Below are positions 1-10,813 of a stretch of 64,000 nt of DNA, piece by piece; the first letter of the stretch is position 1, and each line of letters starts with the position of its first letter. Under the pieces are notes generated by a model. It did no database searches. It was not told the origin of the DNA and saw nothing but the letters and a program-made list of their open reading frames with translations. Source of the stretch: an uncultured Planctomycetaceae bacterium (lineage in GTDB: Bacteria > Planctomycetota > Planctomycetia > Isosphaerales > Isosphaeraceae); contig CAWIAD010000002.1 of NCBI GenBank assembly GCA_963833985.1, forward strand, positions 6,581,660 through 6,645,659, in the 5' to 3' direction. A program made the position numbers and the translations under genes.

Positions 1-1050
1 GACGAGAACGCCCTCGGGGCTAGCGAGCTGGCCCATGTTCTCCCATTCGGTCTTCTGGTCGAGAACCTCGGCCCGGATCTTCGCCCGCACGCCGGGGTCG
101 GCGAGCCGATCGAAGAGCTTCCCGCCGGCCGAGGCCGAGGGGGGCAGGATGGCGGTCAGAGCCGTCGCGCCGGCGACGTAGGGATACATGTCCGCGCCGA
201 CGTCGAGGCCGCGGGCGCGGGCCGCCGCGATTTTCGCGATGGCGGCCTCGGCCTTGGGCCAGTTGCGCCGGCCGCCGGCCTTCAGGTGATAGATCTCCAC
301 CGGCACTCCCCCGAGCCGGCCGATCTCGATCGCCTCGTCGAGCGCCTCCAGGAAGCGATCCGCCTCGGAACGGATGTGCGAAATATAGATGCCCACGTAC
401 GGTGCCATGACCTTCGCCAGCTCGATCAAGTCGTTCTTGGCGACGAAATTATCGGGAGGGTAGATCAGGGCCGAGGCAATTCCGAAGGCGCCGTCTTCCA
501 TCGCCTCGCGCACGACCCGGCGCATCGTGTCGAGCTCCTGGGCCGAGGGGGCGCCCTGGTCCATCCCCTTGGCGTAGGCCCGGATGGTCGCGGATCCCAC
601 AAACGAGCCGAGGTTGAGGGACGATCCGTGGCTCTCCATCGCCCGGAGCCAATCGTCGAATCCATGCGGGCCGGTGAACTTGCCCGCGAGGCTGGCCATC
701 TCGGGATCGATCTGCCGCCCCTCCGCGATCGTGCGATCGTTGGCCGGAGCGTTCGTCCAGCCCTCGCCCATGATCTCGGTCGTCACGCCCTGCGTCACCT
801 TGCTGACCAGCCGGCCGTCGCCCACGAGTAGGGCAGCGCGGGATTGCCCCTGGATGTCGATGAAGCCCGGGCAGACGACCATGCCGCGGGCGTCAATCCG
901 TTCCGCGGCCTTCGCCGTCGCGAGCAGGCCCGCCCCCGCGACGCGCGCGATCCGTCCGCCCCGGAACGCCACATCGCCGTGGAACCAGGCGTTGCCTGTC
1001 CCATCGACGACGCGGCCGCCCAGGATCACGAGGTCATAGGGGACATCCTC
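1..1050 (-). CDS. N-acyl-D-amino-acid deacylase (D-aminoacylase) family amidohydrolase, runs off the window start; probably fused to the upstream serine hydrolase
   Basis: Manual minus-strand translation gives YDLVILGGRVVDGTGN, PGFIDIQGQS, SKVTQGVTTEIMGEG, YISHIRSE, EIYHLK and ADMYPY. No nearby start codon in this frame. Confidence 0.85.
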
Positions 1051-2648
1051 GTGCGCGGGGACGGGGCGGCCGCCGTCGACCTCGCCCCGCCGACCCCGGA
1101 CCCGGGCTGGCGCGAGAACGAGATGTCCGCGACGCCCGGCTGGAGCGGGAGGGTGAGCCGGTCGATCCGGCCGCGACGGTCGTAGAAGAATGAAACGAGC
1201 AGGTCCTTGCTGTCGCGCTGATTGGGGTCCCGCGCCGTGAAGATGTCGTAGTGATGGTGGGACATCGGACCGGAAAGCTGTTGCGACTCGAACGTCAGAT
1301 CACCGTGATCCTGACGGATCGTGACCGGGCCGTATGCGGGATGCTCGTAACGGCCGACGTAGTCGCTCAGCGGGTGCGAGGGGGACGTCCCCTCGTGGCG
1401 CTCAACATCCTTCGTCGACTTCTCTTTCGCGGCTTTCTCCGCCTTCTCGCGATCCCCCTTCATCCGGCCGGACCAGTCGATCGGCTCTTGCCCGAGCAGG
1501 CGGTCGTAGAGGCTCCGGCTGATAACCAGGTCGATTTCCCGGCTCTCCTGATTGGTCAGGATGATCAGGCCCAACCGCTCGCGCGGCAGGAATGACATCA
1601 GGGCGTGGAACCCGGCGATGGTCCCGGTGTGTTCGACGACCTTGCGACCGCGATGGGAACCGACGATAAAGCCCATCCCGTAAGTAAGCGGCATCTCCGC
1701 CCCGTAGACCTGTGCCATCACTCCAGGCAACTCCGCGGAGGGGATCACCATCTGGGGGCTCTGCATCCGAGTCGCGTTGGCCTCAGAGAGAATGCGCCGG
1801 CCCCCGTGGAGCCCGCGGTCCATGTGGAACTGGAGGTAAGGGACCATCTCCTCGACGCACGAATTGATGGAGCCCGCCGGGCCGACGCCCGTTAAGAATC
1901 GATAGAAAGGGACCGCGCGTACCTGTCCCTCGGTTTCCCGGTAGGGGCGTGCAAAGTCGTCGTCGTGCTGGGAATCCTCCACGGAGAAGTTCGTCCGCTT
2001 CATCGCGAGCGGCGCGAGGATCCGGTCGCGGGTGAAATCTTCCCAGCTCCGGCCGGCGACCCGTTCCGCCAGATGGCCCGCGGCCATGAACATCAAGTTG
2101 TTGTACTGCCAGACGCTCCGGAAGGGACGATTCGACTCGAGGTGGCGCAGGCGAGCGAAGAGTTCCGCGCGCGACCGCGATGAGCCGTACCAGACGCCGT
2201 CGTGACTGGGCAGCCCGGAGCGGTGCGTCACCAGGTCCATCGCAGTCGTCTGTTCGGTGGCGACCGGGTCGTTGAGCCGGAAGTCGGGGAGATAGGTGCG
2301 GATCGGCTCATCCCACTGGAGCTTCCCCTCGTCCACCAGCATGCCCAGTCCGGTCACCGTGAACGACTTGGTGATCGAGCCGATGGCGAAGAGGGTCCGC
2401 GGCGTGACGGGGAGCTTCTTCTCCAGGTCCCGGAAACCGTATCCCTTCATCTGGATGACCTTGCCGTCGCGAACCACGGCCATGGCGAGTCCCGGCACCT
2501 TCCAGTCCTTCATCGCCTGCTCGACGAAGGAGTCCCAGCCGTCGAAGGCGTGAGCGGGTGCATCGGCCGCGTGGCCAGGCGTCGCCAGCAAGAGGCTGAG
2601 GAATAGAAGACCACACTGCAACCACGCGGCTCGTCTCATCGGATTCAT
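1026..2648 (-). CDS. Secreted serine hydrolase (beta-lactamase/AmpC-like family) with C-terminal DUF3471-like domain
   Basis: Signal peptide; SxxK (GSITKS), YxN (QYNN) and HTG motifs; YVGRYEHPAYG C-terminal domain. Confidence 0.9.
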   Translation of the reverse strand: MNPMRRAAWLQCGLLFLSLLLATPGHAADAPAHAFDGWDSFVEQAMKDWKVPGLAMAVVRDGKVIQMKGYGFRDLEKKLPVTPRTLFAIGSITKSFTVTGLGMLVDEGKLQWDEPIRTYLPDFRLNDPVATEQTTAMDLVTHRSGLPSHDGVWYGSSRSRAELFARLRHLESNRPFRSVWQYNNLMFMAAGHLAERVAGRSWEDFTRDRILAPLAMKRTNFSVEDSQHDDDFARPYRETEGQVRAVPFYRFLTGVGPAGSINSCVEEMVPYLQFHMDRGLHGGRRILSEANATRMQSPQMVIPSAELPGVMAQVYGAEMPLTYGMGFIVGSHRGRKVVEHTGTIAGFHALMSFLPRERLGLIILTNQESREIDLVISRSLYDRLLGQEPIDWSGRMKGDREKAEKAAKEKSTKDVERHEGTSPSHPLSDYVGRYEHPAYGPVTIRQDHGDLTFESQQLSGPMSHHHYDIFTARDPNQRDSKDLLVSFFYDRRGRIDRLTLPLQPGVADISFSRQPGSGVGGARSTAAAPSPRTRMSPMTS

Positions 2649-2888
2649 CGGTGGAGGGACCCCGTCGTGACCCAGGTTCAAGCACATTGACACGCTGAAT
2701 GGCAAATAATATCAGCGATGACGCGACGATCGTGCAATCCATTGGAGCATTGGAACTACGCCGTCCTCTGCCAAGCTCGTGAGCTATCTTGAAACTGGTC
2801 ATCCATGTGCCATAAGATACGGCCCGAAAAGGCGTGCCCTCGAACGAATCGGCCACGCCATCCGACCGATTCCATGAGGAGATTCTGC

Positions 2889-4269
2889 GTGACGAACACC
2901 GCCCCGTTCGCCCGATCGTCTTTCGTGCTGGCCGCGCTTTGCCTGGCCCCTGTGGCGAACGCCGAGGACCTGACCAAGAATTCCAGCAGTACATGGACGC
3001 CGCCGTCAAGGTCGACGGGTTCAGCGGCTCCGTCCTCGTCTCTCGGGGCGGCGAGACGCTGTTCGCACACGGGTACGGCCTGGCCAACATCGAGCACCAG
3101 GTCCCCAACACCCCCCGAACGAGATTCCGCATCGGGTCGATCACCAAGCAGTTCACCGCGATGGCCATCATGATCCTGGCCGAGCAGGGCAAGCTCGGGC
3201 TCGACGACCCGATCGGCAAGTACGTCGACGACGCCCCGAGAACCTGGGAGAAGGTCACGATCCACCATCTGCTGACCCACACCTCGGGGATCTTCAACAT
3301 GACGTCTGATCCCGACTTCGGGAAGTTGATGTCCCGGCCCGAGACCTTGCGGAGCCTGATCGCCCGGTTCAGGGACAAGCCGGTCGACTTCGCGCCGGGC
3401 GAGTAATTCGCGTACTGCAACTCGGGCTACATCCTGCTCGGCGCCGTCATCGAAAAAGCCTCGGGGATGAGCTACGAAGCCTTCCTGAACAAGTCGATCT
3501 TCGGGCCTCTAGGTTTGAAGGACACGGGGTATGACCATTCGGAGACCATCATTCCGAACCGGGCCGCGGGCCACGAGCGTGCCGGTGATCGACTCAAGAA
3601 CGCGGACTACATCCACATGTCCCAACCCTTTTCCGCCGGGGCTCTGTATTCGACGGTGGAGGATTTGGCCCGGTGGGACCATGCGCTCCACGACGGGAAG
3701 CTGATCTCGAAGGCGTCGTACGCCCGAATGTTCACGCCGGAGAAAGACGGTTACGCCTACGGCTGGATGGTCGGGACCCTGTCGGGCGCAAGGAGATCGA
3801 ACACGGGGGCAGCATCAACGGGTTCAAGTCGCAGATCGTCCGTTATCCTGACCAGGAGGTCTGCGTCGTCGTGCTCTGCAACGTGTACCCCTGCGGCACG
3901 TTGAAGGTCGCCCACGACCTGGCCGCCATCGCGTTCGGGGAAGCGTACAAGCTTCCGGAGGAGCGGGCGGTGGCCGCGGTCGACCCGAAGGTGCTCGACT
4001 CTTACTTGGGTCACTACGAAACGAGCGGCTTCGGCGTGATGACCATCACCCGTGACGGAAACCATCTCCTGGTACAGTCAGGGCCCCTAATGCCCCGAAT
4101 GACGGCACTGCCCGCGTCGGAGAGTGAGTTCTTCGTGAAGTTCAGCGACGTCAGCATCACCTTCGTCAAGGACGCGGAGGGAAAGGGCACCCACATGGTG
4201 CTGCGGCAGGGGAAACTCGAGATCAAGGCGAAGCGGCTTGAGGAGGGGGGAGAAGAGCCCCACAAGTAG
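2889..4269 (+). CDS. Secreted serine hydrolase (beta-lactamase family) with DUF3471-like domain; interrupted by frameshifts (~2975, ~3790) and an in-frame TAA at 3404-3406
   Basis: GSITKQF, LLTHTSG, PGE*FAYCNSGY and EHGG motifs spread over ORFs 2805, 2834, 3467 and 3673; GAGGA RBS before GTG 2889. Confidence 0.85.
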
Positions 4270-4344
4270 CACCATGTCGGCGGTTCGGACCGCCGAGCCC
4301 GGTCGGCAGGCCTTCTTTCGCGAAGAATCACTCCAGGGATCACC

Positions 4345-5123
4345 ATGTTAAGCATTCAGCCCAGCGACAGCGACTTTCCGTCGCGGCACCGGTTCGACCA
4401 GGCCTTCTTTCTCATGATGGTACTCCTGGTCTGGGCTGCGGTCCTGTCCGGATTCCTCTACAAGAACGTCAACAAGTTCATGGAAGGCACGCTTACCTAC
4501 CCGTGGGTCGTTCACTTGCACGGCATTCTCTATTCTCTATGGCTGATCTATTTCACGACGCAGGTGTTCTTGATTGGCCGTGGATCGGTCTCGCTCCACC
4601 GCAAGCTGGGCCCGTTCGGCGCGGCCCTCGCAGCGGTGATGGTGGTGAGTGGGATTCAGACGGGGATCGTGACCGAGAGGGTCGTATATGCCAGATATGG
4701 AGCCACGATTCTGGCTGGCATCTTCGCGGACATGGTGTGCTTCGGCAGCCTCGTGGCGGCAGCCATTCTCCTGCGCGGGTCGCCGGCGGCCCACAAGCGG
4801 TTGATGCTCATGGCCACGCTCGGGCTGACCGACGCCGGGTTCGGCCGCTGGCTGAGCCCGGCGATCAATCGCTGGCTCGGCCTGCATGATTACTACATTC
4901 TCCCCACGTTCTCCGGGGCGCGTGGTCGTTCATTCGATTCCAGGTGCTGCCCGCGTACACACTGATCGCCGCAATCGGAGTCTACGACCTGCTCACACGG
5001 AGGCGGCTCCATCCGGTGTATGTCGCCGCGGTGGCCTGGTGCCTGCCCATCCAGTTGCTCAGCGGCTGGCTCTATTACCAGCCCTTCTGGAAGCAGGTCG
5101 CGGGGCGCATCCTGGGACACTGA
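4345..5123 (+). CDS. Conserved multi-pass membrane protein of unknown function (frameshift ~4915)
   Basis: Hydrophobic helices with VHLHG, LHRKLG and AHKRLMLMATL; continues in another frame (YDLLTRRRLHPVY) to TGA 5121-5123. Confidence 0.65.
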
Positions 5124-5140
5124 TCCGCCTCGCCGGCCGG

Positions 5141-6978
5141 TCACGGCGCGGTCGGGTTTTTCTCCAGGTGCGAGAGGTCCCAGACCCGCACCGTCCCGTC
5201 CCGGCTCCCCGACACCAGCCGCCGGCCGTCGGGCGTGAACGCGACACGTGTGACCAGCCCCGTGTGACCGCGGAAGTTGCGCACGAGGGCACCGGTCCGG
5301 CTATCCCAGACCTTCACGGTGCTGTCCTCGCCCGCCGAGGCGATCCAGCGGCCCTCGGGGTCGGGGCTGAACGACACCGAGCAGACCTCGCCGCTATGAC
5401 CGGAGAGGGATTGGACCTCTCGGCCGCTCGTCACGTCCCAGACCTTGACCGTGTGCGCCACCCCTCCCGCGACGAGTCGCTTGCCGTCGGGGCTGAACGC
5501 AATGTTCAGGAGCTCCCAGGTGGTGCGCGTGCGCAGGACGGCGAGCGGCTCCTGCGGCTCGGTCAGGCGGGCCGCGTCCCAGATCTTCACGGTGCCGTCG
5601 GCGCTCGCCGACGCCAGGCGCCGGCCGTCGCGACTGAACGCGAGGCGCCGGATCTGCCGGTCGTGCGCGCCGGGCGTGCCCTCCTCGCGCCCGGTCGCCG
5701 CATCCCAGACACGGATGACGCGATCCGATCCCCCGGAGACGAGGTAACGGCCGTCGGGGCTGAAGGCCACGGTGAAGGTCTCGCCCTCCCTCGGCAGGAC
5801 GTAAGCGGTCTGTCCCGTTCGCGTGTCCCAGACCTTGACGGGGTGCGCCTTCCGCCCGTCACCCCCAGACGAGGACACGACCCGCTCGCCGTCGGGGTGC
5901 CAGGCCACGCTGAACATGACGCGCGGCTGTCCCGCGAATTCGCGGCTCAGGCGGCCGGTCGACAGGTCCCAGACGTAGATGGGCGCGTCCACCAGCCCCG
6001 GCCGAACCAGGCCGCCCGTGACGAGCCGACGGCCGTCGGGGCTGATCGCCAGGCCCCAGACCTCGCCCGACGGCTGCACGAGTTCGAGGACCTCCTGGGT
6101 CTCGTCCCCCCGAAGGCTCGCCGCATCCCAGAGCCGGATCGTCCCGTCGGCACTGCACGAGGCGAGGAGTCGGCCGTCGGGGCTGAACGCGACGCACAGG
6201 CTCATGGCCTCGTGACCGCGGAGCTTGAGCACTTCCCGCCCGATCGCCGCCTCCCACAGCGCGCACCGTCCGGTCCTCGCCGCACGAGGCGAGGCGGAGG
6301 CCGTCCGGGCTGTACGCCGCGCCCAGGATGATCCCGTCCTGACCGCGCCAGGAGTCGAGCCGTCGGCCCGTCGTCGCGTCCCACACCATCAGGCGCCGGT
6401 CGGAACTGGCCGAGGTGAGGCGTGTGCCACCGGGGCTGAACGTGAGCGAGCTGATGGGATGCTGATGTGCGACCAGGTCGTGGAGGCGTTTGCCGGTCTC
6501 CACGTCCCAGATCATCAGGCTGCCGTCCCAACCCCCCGAGGCGAGCCGCTGCCCGTCGGGGCTGAAGGCCACGCTGATCGAGCGGCTCTCGTGCCCGGGC
6601 AGGGTGTGGAGCAGCCGGCGCTCCTTCCAGTCCCAGAGCTTCACCGACCCATCCTTGCCCGACGCCAGCCGCTGCCCGTCGGGGCTGAAGGCCACGCTAC
6701 ACGCCGTGCCATAGGGATAGTGCATGCCAAGATAGCCCTCCTCCGCGAACACTTCGCGGCCATCCGAGATATCCCAGACCTTCAACTTGCCGTCCGCGCT
6801 CGTTGAGGCCAGGTGCGTCCCGACGGGGTGGAACGCCACCGAGTAGACGAAGTCGGCGCCCGTCGGGATGGTCCGCATGACCGCGTCCGTCGCGAGGTCC
6901 CAGACCTTCACCGTCCCGTCGCCGCACGACGACGCGAGGCGACGCCCGTCGGGGCTGAAGCGGATGCTGGTGAACTCC
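5141..6978 (-). CDS. WD40-repeat beta-propeller protein, 5'-truncated (frameshift ~6265)
   Basis: More than a dozen GH...AFSPDG..LAS..D.TV.WD repeats in ORFs 5859..7088 and 5141..6232. The repeats stop abruptly at ~6978, where opposite-strand integrase sequence begins. Confidence 0.9.
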
Positions 6979-6981
6979 GCC

Positions 6982-7259
6982 CGCGAGGGCAAGACGCCCG
7001 CCTTCCACGACCAGCAGGTCCGCGACCTCATCGATTCCGTCATAGAGGGCGACGTCATCAGAGTCCGCGACAAGACACTGCTCATCATCCTGGCCTACAC
7101 GGCGGCCCGGGCCGGCGCGGTGGCCCGGCTGCGAACGATGGACTACGTCACGGACGGGCGGTCGTGGTTCTTCAACTTCGGCGAGAAGGGCGGCAAGCTC
7201 CATCAGGTCCCCTGCGGCACGACCTCCAGCTCCAGATCGTCGAACGGATCTCCCTGTAA
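6982..7259 (+). pseudogene. Tyrosine recombinase/integrase internal fragment
   Basis: EGKTPAF...RDKTLLIILAYTAARAGAVARL...EKGGKLHQVP (box I Arg and catalytic Lys). No N-terminus, HxxR or catalytic Tyr. Confidence 0.8.
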
Positions 7260-7335
7260 CGACCGGACACCGACGGGGTCAGTTCACGCCATCCACCCCC
7301 CTGCCCGTCGACCGGCACCGTTGGGCTATGTGCCC

Positions 7336-7775
7336 TCACACAGCGCCGATGACCAGCACTTCACGAGCCGCTTCGACGACCTCGCGTGTCACCGCCTCGA
7401 GCCCGTTGAGCAAGAGGACTCGCCCGACCTGAGTCAGCAACCGATCGAGGAGCCGGAGATTCCCGCCCGTGATCCGCACGATCGCAGCGACCGCCTCCTC
7501 ATCGGCGACCCGTTCCCCCGGCAACGCCACGCCCGAAGTCCAACCTTCACGCATCAAGCGAGTGGCGTCCGTCGCGCTCAGGGGCCGGTAGGCGTGGACG
7601 AACCCCACCCGCGAGTAGAGCTGCGGGTAGCGCGACAGTCGTCGCTCCAGCCCCGGCATGCCAATCAGGACCAGCCCGATGCCGTGCCGGTCCGAGATGT
7701 CCCGCAACTGCTCCAGGCCCGCCATTCTCAAGCGGTCGGCCTCATCCGCCAGCAGCAGGGCCGTCAGGTCGGCCG
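7336..7775 (-). pseudogene. Transposon AAA+ ATPase (TniB/TnsC/ExeA-like), C-terminal half only
   Basis: Walker B LLLADEADRL, LVLIGMPG, YPQLYSRVGF and TGGNLRLL; Walker A absent. Confidence 0.8.
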
Positions 7776-7829
7776 CCTCGCGGCACCGCCGGCCGTGTTC
7801 GAGGTGCAACTCCTTGATCCGGTCGATCG

Positions 7830-8717
7830 AGGCTTCACCGCAGGCGCGTAGCCCGGGAGTTCCGGGAGCAGCACCTGGGACACGTTCTCGAAAAAGCGCT
7901 CGATCTTCCCCCGACCCCGGAGCCGCCCGACCATCGAGTTCGTCAGGCGGATCTCGACGTCGGCGGCAACCTGCTCGAGATGTCGGGAAGTGAAATCACT
8001 GCCGTGGTCCGAGTAGTGCACGCCGGGGATTCCACAGACGTCCCAGCCCGGACGCCCTTTGCGCCAGATCGCGTGCCTGAGAGCCAGAGCCGTCTGGATC
8101 GCCGACGGGCTGCCGAAGAACAACGCATAGCCTGCCACGGCGCGACTGTAGTGGTCAAGGATTACGGTCAGCCAAGGCTTCTCGGGTCCCGGCTGTCCGT
8201 CTTTCAGCAGGATGTCGAGTTCCGTGTGATCGGCGTGCCAGACGGCGTTGGGGCCGACCGCCTCGTGGCGGAGGAGCAGGTCGAAGGACTCGGCATAGAC
8301 CTTCGTCCCCTGGTGGGCCAGGGCCCCAGGGCCGGGTCGAGGTCGCGGACCAGATGATAGACCGCTTGTATCCCGGCGGGGCCTCCCCGAGCTGCTCGGC
8401 GAGGGCAAGAGCCTGGCGATGGATGGACGCCGCAGATAGTCGGGGCTACTTCAGAGCCAGGCCCTCGATGGCCCGGCACAGCGTGTCCGAGAGCCGTCGC
8501 TTGCCCAGGTCGATTCGCACTTTGCGGACCAGCCCGGCAAGACCGTCGAGGCGGTACTGCGCGACCCAGCGTCGGGCCGTGCGGAGGGCGAGGCCCGGTC
8601 GCGGGCCACGCGGGCCAGGGGGACTCCCTCTCCCAGCGAGGGGCGCACGAGTTCGAACCGCTCGAAGGATCGGGCACGCTCGTCCTCCGACAGGCCGCTG
8701 GGTGGGGGCTTCGCCAT
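7830..8717 (-). mobile_element. Mu/Tn552/TniA-like DDE transposase, frameshifted and C-terminally deleted
   Basis: N-terminal HTH (RTARRWVAQYRLDGLAGL); DDE core WHADHT, YSDHGSDFTS and GKIERFF. Confidence 0.85.
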
Positions 8718-8888
8718 GGCCTGGGAGACTCCTCTGGCAGTGCGGGGGCGGCGAGCCAAAGCGGCTACCGTGGGATGTGCCGTTCATCGGCCAAGGATGC
8801 CAGCGAGCTCCAAAGAAACCGTGCCGGAGAGTGGGCAACTTAACAGCGAGTCCGTGCGAATCCACGTTTTTGTCGAGGGCCAGTCGCG

Positions 8889-9680
8889 ATGCCAGAGGTT
8901 TTCCTGAATGGGGCGTCACTGTTTTACCAGGACGTTGGAAGCGGCAACCCGCTGCTCTTTCTTCCCGGCCTGGGCGCGCCCCACGGCATGTTCCGGCCCC
9001 AGGCCGAGGCGCTCGCGGCGACGCACCGGCTGATCTTGCCCGACCTGCGGGGCAACGGGCAATCCGGCCGGCTGGAAGGGCCGATCGGCACGGTCCTGAA
9101 CCGCCAGTGCGACGACCTGGCCGCCTTGCTCGACCGCCTGGAAATCGCCAGGGCGGTGGTCGTGGGGGTATCCTATGGCGGAGCGGTGGCGTTGCACCTT
9201 GCCCTGAGGCATTCCGACCGGGTGGCCGGCCTGGTGGTCGTCGATTCGTTCGCCGAGCTGCGGCTGACCCAGCCGATGGAGGGGCTTCTGCTGGCCGGGA
9301 GTTATCTGACACTCTGGGCGTACTACCTGCCGGCCTGGCTGCTGAAGTTGCTGGCGCGCGGCTTCTACCGCGGCTGGCCCACCGCCTGTATGCTCATCCC
9401 CGAACTGGTTGACGGTTTCCGGCCCACCGAGGCCGTCCTCCAGAGCCTGGCGATGTGCCGGATCGGTCCGGCGGGAGAACTGGACCGCATCCGCTGCCCT
9501 GCGCTGGGGATCGTGGGCGGCTTCTCGGGTACGGCCGTCCGTTTCATGGAACATGCCATGCACGCGATACCAGGCTCAAGGCTCGAAGTCGTGCCCGATT
9601 CGTTCGACCCGACGAACCTGTGCCAGCCGGAGGAGTTCAACCGCCTCCTGGCCGAATATCTCCGCGTGATTCCCTGGTGA
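8889..9680 (+). CDS. Alpha/beta-fold hydrolase with atypical catalytic C-terminus
   Basis: FLPGLG, PDLRGNGQS and the nucleophile elbow GVSYGG. Confidence 0.85.
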   Translation: MPEVFLNGASLFYQDVGSGNPLLFLPGLGAPHGMFRPQAEALAATHRLILPDLRGNGQSGRLEGPIGTVLNRQCDDLAALLDRLEIARAVVVGVSYGGAVALHLALRHSDRVAGLVVVDSFAELRLTQPMEGLLLAGSYLTLWAYYLPAWLLKLLARGFYRGWPTACMLIPELVDGFRPTEAVLQSLAMCRIGPAGELDRIRCPALGIVGGFSGTAVRFMEHAMHAIPGSRLEVVPDSFDPTNLCQPEEFNRLLAEYLRVIPW

Positions 9681-9697
9681 TGACGGGAGCAACCAGC

Positions 9698-10792
9698 ATG
9701 TACCGGCGATTCTTCTTGCTTGCCCTGACCGCCGGCCCGGCGGCGTCTGTGCTCGTGCACGAGACGCTTGCCCAGCCTCCGACGAAAGGGCGCCGCGCGG
9801 CCACGCGGCGCGGAGTCAACCTGGCCGGTGCCGAGTTCGGCACCTCGTCCCAGTTCTGCAACGAGCAGCCGGGCCAGTTCGGGCGCGACTACACCTACAA
9901 CTCGGAGCGAACGGTGGCCTACTTCGCGCAGCAGGGCCTTCCCCTGTTGCGCGTTCCAGTCCTCTGGGAACGTCTCCAGCCCCGGCTGGGTCAAGCACTG
10001 GATCCGGCCGAACTGGGGCATCTCCGGCAACTGGCCGGCTGGGCCGGACGGCACCGGGCAACCATCGTCATCGACATCCACAACTACGGGCGGTATCGCC
10101 TTCGCCAGGAAGGCCGGATCGTGGAAGCCATCATCGATCAGGAGTTCGGCGGCCGGGTGCCCGTGACGCGCCAGCACTTCGCGGACCTGTGGGCCCGCCT
10201 CTCGGCCGCCTTCCGTGACGCGCCGGCCGTCGAGGCCTACGGACTGATGAACGAGCCGCACGACATGGGCCGCTCGGACTGGAAGGCGATCTCCCAGGCC
10301 GCCGTGACGGCGATCCGGCAGACCGGAGACCAGAAGCACATCTGGGTGGCGGGCAACGCCTGGAGCAACGCCGAGCACTTCGCGGAGATCAATGGGCAAA
10401 AGGCCTGGATCCGCGACCCGGCAAACCGGATCGTCTACGAGGCCCACTGCTACTTCGATGCAAACTCGAGCGGAACCTACAGCGAGAGCTACGAAACCGA
10501 GGCCGCGCGGGACCGAAACCTGGAAGGCCGGGCGCCGCACCGCGTCGGGCCGTTCATCGCGTGGTGCAAGTCCAACCGCGTGCGGGGAGTGATCGGCGAG
10601 TTCGGCGTCCCCGCCGATCCGTCCTGGCAGCGCCTGCTGGGACCGTTCCTGGACGCGCTGGACCAGGCAGGGATGGAATGCTGCTGGTGGGCGGCCGGCG
10701 AGTGGTGGGGCAATTACAAGCTGTCGCTCCAGCCGCGCGACGACTTCCGCCGCCCCGCCGCGCAACTGCCCGCCCTCCTGCGGCGACATTGA
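9698..10792 (+). CDS. Glycoside hydrolase family 5 (endoglucanase-like), probable Tat export signal
   Basis: GVNLAGAEF, DIHNYGRY, MNEPH (acid/base), EAHCYFD, IGEFG (nucleophile) and WWAAG; N-terminal MYRRFFLL; GGAG RBS. Confidence 0.9.
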   Translation: MYRRFFLLALTAGPAASVLVHETLAQPPTKGRRAATRRGVNLAGAEFGTSSQFCNEQPGQFGRDYTYNSERTVAYFAQQGLPLLRVPVLWERLQPRLGQALDPAELGHLRQLAGWAGRHRATIVIDIHNYGRYRLRQEGRIVEAIIDQEFGGRVPVTRQHFADLWARLSAAFRDAPAVEAYGLMNEPHDMGRSDWKAISQAAVTAIRQTGDQKHIWVAGNAWSNAEHFAEINGQKAWIRDPANRIVYEAHCYFDANSSGTYSESYETEAARDRNLEGRAPHRVGPFIAWCKSNRVRGVIGEFGVPADPSWQRLLGPFLDALDQAGMECCWWAAGEWWGNYKLSLQPRDDFRRPAAQLPALLRRH

Positions 10793-10813
10793 TCACTGGC
10801 CCGCGCGGACGCT

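Noticed and set aside
5141..6978. Recurrent DNA motif (gccgtcggggctgaa) as a CRISPR-like array
   Set aside because: It encodes the FSPDG of WD40 repeats; copies are degenerate at codon third positions and no cas genes are present
7255..8845. TGT...ACA as transposon termini
   Set aside because: The two ends share little beyond TGT, and the flanks (CTCCC versus GCGAG) show no target-site duplication
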